Assembly: GCA_946553025.1 (NCBI GenBank)
Contig: CAMNRM010000022.1
Coordinates: 2,726 to 66,725, forward strand
DNA from: an uncultured Clostridium sp.
GTDB taxonomy: Bacteria > Bacillota > Clostridia > Lachnospirales > Lachnospiraceae
Reading direction: 5' to 3'
Length of the DNA stretch: 64,000 nucleotides
The notes beneath the pieces are model-generated. The model worked only from the letters and a program-made list of their open reading frames with translations. It searched no databases and was not told the origin of the DNA. This document shows, piece by piece, positions 1 to 9,327 of the stretch. The position numbers were made by a program, and so were the translations under genes. The stretch's first letter is position 1. Every line of letters starts with the position of its first letter.

Positions 1-1
1 G

Positions 2-817
2 TTCTTTAAAGAAATCCTCATTTTTATGCTTTGTGGCAGTTTCATCCATCTCATTTTTCATTTCAAACATTATGGAAATAAATTCTATATCGTCCACAAA
101 ATCTCTGAAAATAAAATCCCCCTTACTTCCAGTTCGTATATCATTGTCCTTTTCAAAATAGGCAGTAGGAAATGCTGCCATTCGCAATGCATTAAACTGA
201 TTTGAACAGTGCTGTTCCAGACTTTCTCCTATCATTTTCGTAGATTGTCGTGCTTTAAAATCTTTGTATTGTGCAATTAATTCATCTTTTGATTTTAATT
301 CATTTTTATATTTCTCTTCCAATGACTTTTCTTTTAGTTTATTCTCATTTTCTTTATTTGATAATTGCTGTGTTAGTATTGTAATTTCATTGTTCTTTTC
401 AAAAATTTCTTGTTGTTTGTCTTGCACTGCTTTTGTAACTGCCAATTCTTTTTTTGTTTCCGCATCTTTGAGTTCACCTTTTAATTTTTCAATTTCTTTA
501 TCTTTTTCATTCGTTATATTACTTATTGCAAGTTTCTTATCATTTTCACTTTCATTAATTTTTGACTCTAACTCTTTAATTCTTGTATCCTTATTTGATA
601 ATTTTAAGTCTTTATCTGAAAGACGTTTATCATAATCTTGCTGTTGCTGTAATTGAATAATTTTCACGTCACTTGCTTTCTTCTCTTCTAATTCAGCTTC
701 CCGGCGTTTAATTTCTTTATCAAACTCTTTATCTCGAATTTGCTGAACAATTTGGGCATAACCTGATTCATCAACTACAAAAACCTCCCCACATTTTGGA
801 CATTTAATCTCCTGCAT
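2..817 (-). CDS. DUF2130-family coiled-coil protein (N-terminal CxxC knuckle), truncated by the window edge
   Basis: Absent from the ORF track because it runs off the edge. Manual translation from ATG 817 gives MQEIKCPKCGEVFVVDESGYAQIVQQIRDK...STKMIGESLEQHC...FEKDND...KGDFIFRD...IMFEMKNE. SD AAGGAG overlaps the stop of the pglX C-terminal ORF. Confidence 0.8.
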   Translation of the reverse strand, partial: MQEIKCPKCGEVFVVDESGYAQIVQQIRDKEFDKEIKRREAELEEKKASDVKIIQLQQQQDYDKRLSDKDLKLSNKDTRIKELESKINESENDKKLAISNITNEKDKEIEKLKGELKDAETKKELAVTKAVQDKQQEIFEKNNEITILTQQLSNKENENKLKEKSLEEKYKNELKSKDELIAQYKDFKARQSTKMIGESLEQHCSNQFNALRMAAFPTAYFEKDNDIRTGSKGDFIFRDFVDDIEFISIMFEMKNEMDETATKHKNEDFFKE

Positions 818-830
818 AATTGTAATCTCC

Positions 831-1772
831 TTATTTTATTTTTGCTAATACATTTTGAAAAATAGCGTAATTATGTTTTACTCCGTCATCTAAATCAATC
901 TTAATCATCTGATCTGCCAGATGATGAATTTTTTCCTCATAGTCATATAATTCTTTTGCCTGGTCTTGTAACTTTTTCAGTTGTTTATTCAGTTTAACAC
1001 GTTCGCTTGTTTTCGCTCCGATAATCTGTTCTTCTATCGCTCCAATAGCAGTACGGTAACGGCTCTGCAATTCATGAACATAATCTGTGCGGATACGGGC
1101 AATAGTATCTGGCTGATAACGATGTATGTAAATCAAACATTTAAAGCCACCATTTTTACCAGAATCAAACAGCCAATAAATGGGACGTTTTTGGTAAGTT
1201 TTACAGTGATTAGTGTAAAACTCATTAAGAAAATAATTTCGTATAACTTCACGGGAATTTCCTTTACCAACAAGCGCATCTGCAATAAATTTCAAGTTCT
1301 CTTCCAGCGTATCTGTTCCATAAACCGTTTCTACCCATTTTATAAATCTACTGGTAATATCATTTTCAAAATAATCATCATCACAGATGGGGAGAATGGC
1401 ATCTGGTTCTGGCTGGAAGGTTATGTACTTAGATGTATCCCATTCACCCCCAGCATAAACTAATCCCTCTACATCAAGAGAATAGCGTCCGAACATACAG
1501 CCTACGGCATAGGAAATTAATGAAACAATTTCATCCCGCATGGTACGAATATAATTACTGCCTTTCATCGATTCTGGAATATCTTCTTTTGTGTCATAAA
1601 TTCTATGGACAGTAACATCCTTGTCGGCAACTTCTGGTGTTAATTCATCTTGTAAACCATAAATATCAATAAAAATTCGGTTTAGTTCTTCCTCGTTGGC
1701 TTTAAGTTGGTCAAAGCGAGCATTACACTCTGCTTTCCATACGGTGTATTTATCAAAAATCAATTGTGACAC
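831..1772 (-). CDS. pglX: BREX-1 methyltransferase PglX, C-terminal part (separately translated)
   Basis: WKAECNARFDQLKANEEELNRIFIDIYGLQDELTPEV, YQKRPIYWLFDSGK and IDLDDGVKHNY are hallmark PglX C-terminal motifs. GTG start with AAAGGAGG 7 nt upstream. Confidence 0.9.
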   Translation of the reverse strand: MSQLIFDKYTVWKAECNARFDQLKANEEELNRIFIDIYGLQDELTPEVADKDVTVHRIYDTKEDIPESMKGSNYIRTMRDEIVSLISYAVGCMFGRYSLDVEGLVYAGGEWDTSKYITFQPEPDAILPICDDDYFENDITSRFIKWVETVYGTDTLEENLKFIADALVGKGNSREVIRNYFLNEFYTNHCKTYQKRPIYWLFDSGKNGGFKCLIYIHRYQPDTIARIRTDYVHELQSRYRTAIGAIEEQIIGAKTSERVKLNKQLKKLQDQAKELYDYEEKIHHLADQMIKIDLDDGVKHNYAIFQNVLAKIK

Positions 1773-2323
1773 AAATTATCCTCCTTTTTCTTTTCAATTA
1801 AATTTTTCCATTTTTTTAAATTTGTTTGATAACAAATAATTCGTGCAGATATATTTCCTGTTGTATTACGGTCTTCAAATAAAATTGAAATATAATTTCC
1901 ACCATGAACAACAAATACTCTACCATGAGCAAGTGCATTTCTTAAATGACGTAATAAACATTCTAAATCAGTTTCCCTATATCCATTTTTAATGCTTCGT
2001 TTACATATAAAACGATTACAACAACTACACAAGTTATTATCATCCAACAAATATTTAAAGTTTAAATACTTATCAATTTTTTTATTTTGTGCAATAAAGG
2101 AATAATTTTCCATGTCCCATGAATCAAGCATTTCTTCGAGTAATTCATTATGTTGTTCCTGTGGTAAATAACTACATATATAAGAAGATATATTAGGTGC
2201 TTCATATTGAAAAAAACCAAATAATTTTCGCAAATTACTTATCTCACATGTAGTTGGATTTATTGCGTTACATGGTGAAATATCAAAATACTTCACAGAT
2301 TTTTTACACGTTTTACATTTCAT
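1760..2323 (-). CDS. Putative HEPN-domain RNase (Rx4H motif)
   Basis: ECLLRHLRNALAHG contains the R-N-x-x-A-H HEPN signature. Own SD (GAGGT) overlaps the pglX-N stop. AT-rich. Confidence 0.6.
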   Translation of the reverse strand: MKCKTCKKSVKYFDISPCNAINPTTCEISNLRKLFGFFQYEAPNISSYICSYLPQEQHNELLEEMLDSWDMENYSFIAQNKKIDKYLNFKYLLDDNNLCSCCNRFICKRSIKNGYRETDLECLLRHLRNALAHGRVFVVHGGNYISILFEDRNTTGNISARIICYQTNLKKWKNLIEKKKEDNLCHN

Positions 2324-2332
2324 AATTTACCT

Positions 2333-4777
2333 CTATACTAAAGAATGATGTTTAAAACCCCAAGAAGTTTCCAAAGAGTCCCAATCCTCTTTTGAATAAT
2401 TAATACATACGCCAACTACTTTTTCAATGTTCATCCAATCTTTACTCACAATTAATGGAAGTTCCATTATATCATGAACTTGAAAATTTAAAGTTGGATT
2501 TTTTATATTTAACAAATACTTTACAATACTACTATTTAAAAAGCCTAATACATACTCACATTTATCTTCAATAAAACCAATTGGTCCAGCATCACCAAAC
2601 AAACTACCTTCAATAACTTCTCTAAAAGCAATTTCACTACTTGTAATTCGCCCCCATGTAATGCCCTTTTTAAAATAATATTTTTTATCACGAAGGCGAT
2701 AATTCTTCACATTTTGTTGGATATGTATTCCATCATGATATAAATCAACTATTTTTTGATTATTTCCATACCATTTTCTATATCCACCACCACTATTTAA
2801 TGGAAACCATTGATAATCACCCATATCACTATAATTTTTACAATTAAACTTAATATTATCAATAATTGGTTCAAACCATAATCGGATATAATCATCACTA
2901 CCTGTCATAATGCCTGATTTACAATTAACATATGTTGAAAAATGTTTGTTGCTATATAAACAAAACGTATTTTCACTCACCCAATACGCCACTGGCGTTC
3001 CAGGGATTTTTGAAAAATTCTCTGAACTTGTTTCATAATAATATCCACAATTATGATTTGAAATCGCTTCTAATGTTTTTTGCCGTTGTACCTCCATTCC
3101 ACCACGAAAATCAGTTAATCGAAAAAAGCATCCTTTTTTATTAATATGACAATTTTTAAATACAAATGTGCATACCGGAACAGTTGCTTCTTCAAAAGCT
3201 GAATATTCAAATTGAATAAGTGTTTCTATCGTTTTTTGGTTGCAAATAATACGCCGTAATTTTTCATAAGACTGAATAAACATCCACACATAAGGAGTGA
3301 AAAATCCAAGGTAGCCTGTTGACTTTGTTATTTGCATACAGCGAACCATAAATACAGAGAAGAAATCAGATTTATAATCGGCAAAATTAGATTTTATAAA
3401 TTCACTAAGTCTACCATTCATATTCCCCGCCCCCATATACGGCGGATTCGTACAAACCACATCATATTTCTGCGCCAGCACCTTCCTAAACTGCCAGCAG
3501 TTCATCTTCTCCTCAAAGTTTTCATCAAATAACGTATACTCTTCCGGCTCTTTTGGCATATCTTCCAACTCATCCACCGTCAGCAATGCCCCAAACTCTT
3601 TCCCTTCCTCATATCCTTTCGGGCTATACACATTCGGCTGTATCCCCCGCTTAAAAAACCGGCTGTCATACTGCCTTCCCTTCATCATCACCGAAAAATA
3701 AGCCAACTGCGCTGCCCTATCATCAATATCCAACCCATAAAGATTATTCTCCACAATACTCCGCACAGCATCCCTCGTCTGTACACCGTGCGCCTCATAT
3801 ATCTGTACCAGCACATCAAACATATAACACAAAATATGCCCGCTTCCCATACAGGGATCGATGCACCGAATATCCTCTGGATTCAGCCCGGCATATTCCT
3901 TACGGATTTCCTCTAACTGCCGCTGCACCTCCGGTTCCTGTTCTGCTTCTTCCAGATAATACTTCCACTGCGCCTTCAGTTCATCATTCGGATGCCCCTC
4001 CACCCACAGCCGCCCCAGAGAATTTTCCACCATATATCTTACAATCCAATCCGGCGTAAATAACTGTGTAGCGGCGGGAATATTTTCTTTCGTTATCTTC
4101 ACATTCTTTTTCAATGCGGCAAATACTTCATCTTTCTTTTCACTGTTATAATACTGATACAGCCACCCGATAATCTGTACCTGGTCTTTCCAGTCCTCTT
4201 CCGGGATAAGGGCAATCATCTGTTCAATCACGCTTCCCTCACGGAGCAGGTTATCAGGAAACAGTAATTCCGTATAGTCTTCAATCCTCTGAAACATCCC
4301 CGGCAAAATACTATTTAATGCATTACACTGGACAATAATCAAATACTTAAACAATTCCTCATCTTGATTCCTATTTTTCAGTTCATAAACCTTTTCCATA
4401 TCCAGCCCGTCAAACTCCATATGGATAGCCTCGGTTAAAATCTGCGGTTTAAATGCATTGCTTTCATCCGTAAATACCCGCACATGGGTAGGCAGATATC
4501 CATTAACTTCCATAAACCGCAGAGCCGAAAAACGATTAAACCAGGTATAGGCAACTTCCTCCATCACTTCCTGATAACCCTTCTGCCTAATCTGCTCAAT
4601 CAATGCCCTCCTCTGCCTTTTTTCCGATACCGTCAAAACCTTGCCGCGCACACTGTCCGCCGCCAAATCTTCAATGCTATTTTCGCCAATATCATAAAAT
4701 GACGCCTTCTGCGAAACACGGGAAATCAATTCTCTTCTTGCCCAGACTGCAAATTTTTTAATCGCGTTTTTATTCAT
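2333..4777 (-). CDS. pglX: BREX-1 adenine methyltransferase PglX, N-terminal/MTase/TRD part
   Basis: MNKNAIKKFAVWARRELI start, ATQLFTPDWIVRYMVENSLGRLW, motif I DPCMGSGH, motif IV NPPY; ends at DWDSLETSWGFKHHSLV. Confidence 0.93.
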   Translation of the reverse strand: MNKNAIKKFAVWARRELISRVSQKASFYDIGENSIEDLAADSVRGKVLTVSEKRQRRALIEQIRQKGYQEVMEEVAYTWFNRFSALRFMEVNGYLPTHVRVFTDESNAFKPQILTEAIHMEFDGLDMEKVYELKNRNQDEELFKYLIIVQCNALNSILPGMFQRIEDYTELLFPDNLLREGSVIEQMIALIPEEDWKDQVQIIGWLYQYYNSEKKDEVFAALKKNVKITKENIPAATQLFTPDWIVRYMVENSLGRLWVEGHPNDELKAQWKYYLEEAEQEPEVQRQLEEIRKEYAGLNPEDIRCIDPCMGSGHILCYMFDVLVQIYEAHGVQTRDAVRSIVENNLYGLDIDDRAAQLAYFSVMMKGRQYDSRFFKRGIQPNVYSPKGYEEGKEFGALLTVDELEDMPKEPEEYTLFDENFEEKMNCWQFRKVLAQKYDVVCTNPPYMGAGNMNGRLSEFIKSNFADYKSDFFSVFMVRCMQITKSTGYLGFFTPYVWMFIQSYEKLRRIICNQKTIETLIQFEYSAFEEATVPVCTFVFKNCHINKKGCFFRLTDFRGGMEVQRQKTLEAISNHNCGYYYETSSENFSKIPGTPVAYWVSENTFCLYSNKHFSTYVNCKSGIMTGSDDYIRLWFEPIIDNIKFNCKNYSDMGDYQWFPLNSGGGYRKWYGNNQKIVDLYHDGIHIQQNVKNYRLRDKKYYFKKGITWGRITSSEIAFREVIEGSLFGDAGPIGFIEDKCEYVLGFLNSSIVKYLLNIKNPTLNFQVHDIMELPLIVSKDWMNIEKVVGVCINYSKEDWDSLETSWGFKHHSLV

Positions 4778-4912
4778 TCGTACACCGCCTTCTCTTACTT
4801 ATCTTCGTTTCACTCATCTTCACTGCAATTATCTTCGTTCCATTTACTTTCGTTTCATACATCTCCATTTTGCACATCTTCGCTGCAATTATCTTCATCC
4901 CATCTATCTCTG

Positions 4913-7900
4913 CTATTTCAACTGAATACCATCACAGTTTTTCAATAACTGCTTTAACTGTTCACGGATTTTCTCCACATATACATCGATATCTTCCTCA
5001 CTCTCCAAACACTTTGCCGGAAAAACAATCTGCCGGTTATACGACTTTATTCTCTTCTTAGAAACTGCCGCTTTCTCTGCCCTATCCGCCTTTTCCGCTT
5101 TCACCGCCATATTTCCCTGCCGCTTTCCCACAGCAGATACGTCGCTTTCAGCTAATCCATCTAATCCAGCCAGTCCGTCTACCCCATCCGATGCCGCAGA
5201 ATCCGCAGAACCCGCCGAACCGCCCGCTCCCATCGAACGCTCCATCCCCGCCGACTTCTTATCTGTCAGCGCTTCTATTTTTTCACATGCTTTATCTTTA
5301 TACTGCAGCATCTGCGGCACAAGACCATCCAGCAAAGCAAGGTTTTTACATTCCCCGATATCCTTCTCTTTCTGCGCATAATAAGTATCTGCCTTATCCA
5401 ATGTCATCTTTACCTCGTGATTCCCGTCCCCCGCCTGAATTATCGCAGCCCTGCACTGAACCAGCACATCCTTAACCTCTTCCCGCTTTTCCACCAGCAA
5501 ACGATTATGCCCTTCATGCACGGTTTTTATCAATTCATTTAATTCCGGAATCCTCCTGTAATTAAATCCTCCCTGCACCTTCGTAATCAGCCGAATCTGG
5601 TTTAAGGCAGCATTTGCCTCCTCTTCATGAGAAATGTAATCCAGTTCATTGCGCAGCTCCTCTTCCAGTTCTGCCGCCTCGTCAAACAACTGCACCTGGC
5701 TGCGGAAGAATCCTTCTACATCCTGCAAATCTTCCTTGCTGTCAAAAAGATGATCTTCCTCCTTCAATACCGCATCAATCAGGGCAATATTATCTTTCTG
5801 CTGGGACAAAATATTCTCCATCAACTGACAGGCATCAGAAACCTTATCCTGGTCTGGATATCTTCTATCCGTGCGATATCTCTCCCCCAACTCTTCATAA
5901 TGCCTTTTCTGCCCGGAAAAATATTCCACAATAAAGGCAACCAGGCCGTCCTCGTCCTCCGGCACATCCATCCGGTCAAAGTATTCCCGAAGCAAATCTT
6001 TTACCTTCTTCATCTTCACCGCCGTAACTACCTGTCGTTTGGAAATGCTGGTTTTTCCAATCTCACTCTTTTTCCGCAGCATATCCGGCAGTTTGGGGTT
6101 ATCCGGCTGAATCGTTGCCCCGCCGTATTTCACTGTAACCTTCTGCTGGACAATCAGCAGCGCGACAACTGCGGCAATATCAATCTCCCGCCATCCATAA
6201 GGAATCGCCTGGTAACGGCTCTGAACATCCGCCATCGACGTGGGCAGGTTCTTTCGCTCCTGAACAATCAAGTACTCCTCCACCTTCGCCGCGGCATCGC
6301 GATTAGGTTCTGTTCCCGGAAGCATCCCTTCATCGCCGGACAAAACGGCAAGGATATCCGCGTCTGTTTCCGCATTTTTCGTTATCAGGTTAAGTTCACT
6401 GTAGACATGGGAAACCAGATATTCCATAGCCTGATCAATCCTGGCCTTAACATCGCCGCTCCTGATTTCCAAATGCTCCCCATCCACGTAATACTCGGCA
6501 TCCTCAATCGCTTTTTTCAAATCATTCATTGCCGACTGCTCATACCGCACCGCCTCTTCCTGCCGGCTGCGGATGATATCCTGCACGGTTTTGGGAAGCT
6601 GTGAAACATTGCGCTGTTTTACGTATTTGCGGATCTTCATAGCGCTTTCCAGGGCTTCATAATAAGGCGCATCCGAAAGAACGACAATCGCCTGCCCTTT
6701 CGATTCCGTCATTAAACGAAGTTCTGCTTTTTCCGCCCCATCAGTAGCCACCGTTAAAAACCGCAGGCGCATTCCCCCGGTAACGGCACCGATCATCACG
6801 CCGTCCACCATCTGATCAAAAGCAAAATCATATTTCCCGTAGCGAAATTTCTTCACCGTATAAATATCCGCAAAAATCATATGCCCGATGTGCTCGACAA
6901 TATTGGCGGTATCCACGGGCGTATTTTTAATTTCCCGCTGAATATCCTGTTCCTCGTCGGTCAGGAAGTTATAGGTATCCCCGGTTCTTCCGATATAGTT
7001 CTGGCTCATCAGCCGCTCAAGGGATTCCTTTACCTTTTCGCGCAGGACAATCTTATCGGAACGAATATCTTCCGCCATCAGAATAACCATATTGTCCACA
7101 TTTGCCGGAATATCATCCACATAGCGGATAAGGTATAAAAGCTTCAGCAGATCAACATCCTGATCCAATATACCCAGACCGCTGTCCGCCGCCTTCTGGC
7201 ATCGGTCAATCACCCGACGGATGGAACTGTCCAGGAAGCTATGTACGGTATCATAAAAGCGGAAAAACGGCACCAGGGCATATTCATCCTTCTCCTGAAT
7301 CTTCTGCACCGCCTCCTGGAAGCCGGACAGCATGGAACGCTCGCCCCCGGACAGATGCTTGCCGGAATTTCCGTGCTTGCGGATTTCGGCAAATACCTTC
7401 TGCATAATGATGAACTGGTAAGGCACAAATGGATAATTTACGGCAAATTCCATCGCGCCTCCATAACCCTTGATATCTAATATCGAATTGGTAAAGCTGA
7501 AAAGATTTCGCAGAACCGAGTCATTTTTCTCATATAAATCTTCAAGTTTTTTGCTTACTTCCGGCTTTTTCTTTAAAATGCGCTTCTGAATCACCTCATC
7601 CACCGAGGACGAGGAAAGGCTGAGTCTTGTCTTAAACCGTGCCTGAATACGGGAAAATTCATCCGCACGAACCTTAATAATCTCGTCAATCGCCTCCTGC
7701 CCCGTACACATCACCCAGACTTTTCCGCCGCACGCGCTGCCGATTTTTTCGGTAAGCGACTGTAGATTTAAAAGCATATCGGTATCCGTGCCGACATACT
7801 GACCCACCTCGTCAATCATAAACAACAAACGAAAGTTTTCCGGCTTTGTATCCACATAAGCCTTAATATCCGAAACCAACTGTGCAATGGAAAATTCCAC

Positions 7901-8599
7901 CGCCGTTTTATCCTGAAACCAGCGCTTTGCATCCTCCTCGCTCATATCCAGAACTTCCGCTAAAGCCGGGATAATAAATTTCCCGTTAAAAGCATATGCC
8001 TTTCGCTGTTCCAGCCATGGCTTGCCTTTTTTCTGTTCAAAACTCCGGCGAAACTCTTCGGTTTTTCCCTGCTGTTCGATATATTGTTCCATCATAGAAA
8101 CCTTTAAATCCTCACCGTAAAACCCAAGATGGTTATAAAACATTTTGGCAAAAACGCGCAGCACCGCCGTTTTATTTTTCTCAATAGGACCTTCAATATC
8201 AATATTAAATAAGATCGTTTCCGTCTGGTTTCGCGTCGATTGATCCACGCTCATAAAGGCAGCCGGATCGTCCTCAAACTTGCGCCGGAACATCTCCACC
8301 ACGGACATCTCTCCGATAGTTCTGTTTTCCAGAAGATAAGACAGCATTTTTAAAAAATGTGATTTACCGCTTCCAAAAAACCCGGAAATCCAGACACCGA
8401 TATCTGCCGTCGGCGTATGAAAGGCTTCGCTGTAATCATCAAAAAAACGGATAAAATGTTTTTTCAGTTCGCGGGTAATCACGTATTCCTGCACTTCCTG
8501 CAAAATCACATCCTCCGCATTCTGATCAACCTTAATTACACCGTTAATCTGCCGGTTAATATTTTCTGCAAACATATCACGAATCATCATCGCGCTCAT
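4913..8599 (-). CDS. brxC: BREX system P-loop ATPase BrxC
   Basis: 1228 aa; GVWISGFFGSGKSHFLK Walker A, DEVGQY Walker B, YPFVPYQF; position between brxB and pglX. Confidence 0.93.
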   Translation of the reverse strand: MSAMMIRDMFAENINRQINGVIKVDQNAEDVILQEVQEYVITRELKKHFIRFFDDYSEAFHTPTADIGVWISGFFGSGKSHFLKMLSYLLENRTIGEMSVVEMFRRKFEDDPAAFMSVDQSTRNQTETILFNIDIEGPIEKNKTAVLRVFAKMFYNHLGFYGEDLKVSMMEQYIEQQGKTEEFRRSFEQKKGKPWLEQRKAYAFNGKFIIPALAEVLDMSEEDAKRWFQDKTAVEFSIAQLVSDIKAYVDTKPENFRLLFMIDEVGQYVGTDTDMLLNLQSLTEKIGSACGGKVWVMCTGQEAIDEIIKVRADEFSRIQARFKTRLSLSSSSVDEVIQKRILKKKPEVSKKLEDLYEKNDSVLRNLFSFTNSILDIKGYGGAMEFAVNYPFVPYQFIIMQKVFAEIRKHGNSGKHLSGGERSMLSGFQEAVQKIQEKDEYALVPFFRFYDTVHSFLDSSIRRVIDRCQKAADSGLGILDQDVDLLKLLYLIRYVDDIPANVDNMVILMAEDIRSDKIVLREKVKESLERLMSQNYIGRTGDTYNFLTDEEQDIQREIKNTPVDTANIVEHIGHMIFADIYTVKKFRYGKYDFAFDQMVDGVMIGAVTGGMRLRFLTVATDGAEKAELRLMTESKGQAIVVLSDAPYYEALESAMKIRKYVKQRNVSQLPKTVQDIIRSRQEEAVRYEQSAMNDLKKAIEDAEYYVDGEHLEIRSGDVKARIDQAMEYLVSHVYSELNLITKNAETDADILAVLSGDEGMLPGTEPNRDAAAKVEEYLIVQERKNLPTSMADVQSRYQAIPYGWREIDIAAVVALLIVQQKVTVKYGGATIQPDNPKLPDMLRKKSEIGKTSISKRQVVTAVKMKKVKDLLREYFDRMDVPEDEDGLVAFIVEYFSGQKRHYEELGERYRTDRRYPDQDKVSDACQLMENILSQQKDNIALIDAVLKEEDHLFDSKEDLQDVEGFFRSQVQLFDEAAELEEELRNELDYISHEEEANAALNQIRLITKVQGGFNYRRIPELNELIKTVHEGHNRLLVEKREEVKDVLVQCRAAIIQAGDGNHEVKMTLDKADTYYAQKEKDIGECKNLALLDGLVPQMLQYKDKACEKIEALTDKKSAGMERSMGAGGSAGSADSAASDGVDGLAGLDGLAESDVSAVGKRQGNMAVKAEKADRAEKAAVSKKRIKSYNRQIVFPAKCLESEEDIDVYVEKIREQLKQLLKNCDGIQLK

Positions 8600-8604
8600 C
8601 CTCC

Positions 8605-9168
8605 TTATAGTACATTAAATGCCCGGTAGTAATCGTTCGGCTGCAGCCGGTCAAATAACTTTAAATGATACCCGTCAAATTCACCAGGGTACATCACTAA
8701 AATCGGTATATCCGAAAAATGCGGCTGCAATGCCTCCAAAAGGGTGTGCACCCGCATAAATGGGAATACATCGCCCACCCCGGTAATCAGTAAGACATCC
8801 CCTGACCGGTGCGGCGCATATTGGATTTTTTTAATGTATTCCTCTTCCCCAACCGCAGAATGAAGCTGTTCCAGCAGAAAAATTCCGCCGTCCTCTTCCT
8901 CCATTTCCGGTATAGCTTCCAGAATATCCAGATCCCTGCAGACATCCAAAAAGATTTTGTAAAGATTACACTCTATCAGATGACAGTTCATCAGCGGATC
9001 GGATATCATCTGTTCAAGAAAATGCTGCACCATCATTTCTTCTTCCGCGTTATAGCAAAAAATACGGATATTTACTTCATTGCTCAATCCCTTACCTTCA
9101 AGAAAATCCTCTTCCTGAATCAACTTCCGCAGATGATCCAAACGCTCTTTCGTATTTCCATTTCCCAT
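8605..9168 (-). CDS. brxB: BREX protein BrxB (DUF1788)
   Basis: FLEGKGLSNEVNIRIFCY, ITGVGDVFPFMRVHTLL, YPGEFDG...DYYRAF; gene order. Confidence 0.9.
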   Translation of the reverse strand: MGNGNTKERLDHLRKLIQEEDFLEGKGLSNEVNIRIFCYNAEEEMMVQHFLEQMISDPLMNCHLIECNLYKIFLDVCRDLDILEAIPEMEEEDGGIFLLEQLHSAVGEEEYIKKIQYAPHRSGDVLLITGVGDVFPFMRVHTLLEALQPHFSDIPILVMYPGEFDGYHLKLFDRLQPNDYYRAFNVL

Positions 9169-9327
9169 CAGCCATTACCTCCTGCCTGTTTCAAAAGGAA
9201 CTTGAAATGCCCGATAAATCCAGGCAGCCCCTCCATTCCTCCACTTTATTCCTTTCCCTATTCAAAGGAAATTCGGAATGCCCGATAAAGCGGGGCAGAC
9301 CCTCCGCTCCGCTACTTCCTTGATAGA

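Noticed and set aside
264-635. Plus-strand 123-aa ORF and the many other short antisense ORFs in the track
   Set aside because: They are shadows of real minus-strand genes (here the DUF2130 coiled coil): F/S/L-rich, no RBS and no motifs.
831-4777. Calling pglX a simple pseudogene
   Set aside because: Both parts are open with intact motifs, and the C-part has a perfect SD and coupled start. It is treated as a split gene pending tests.
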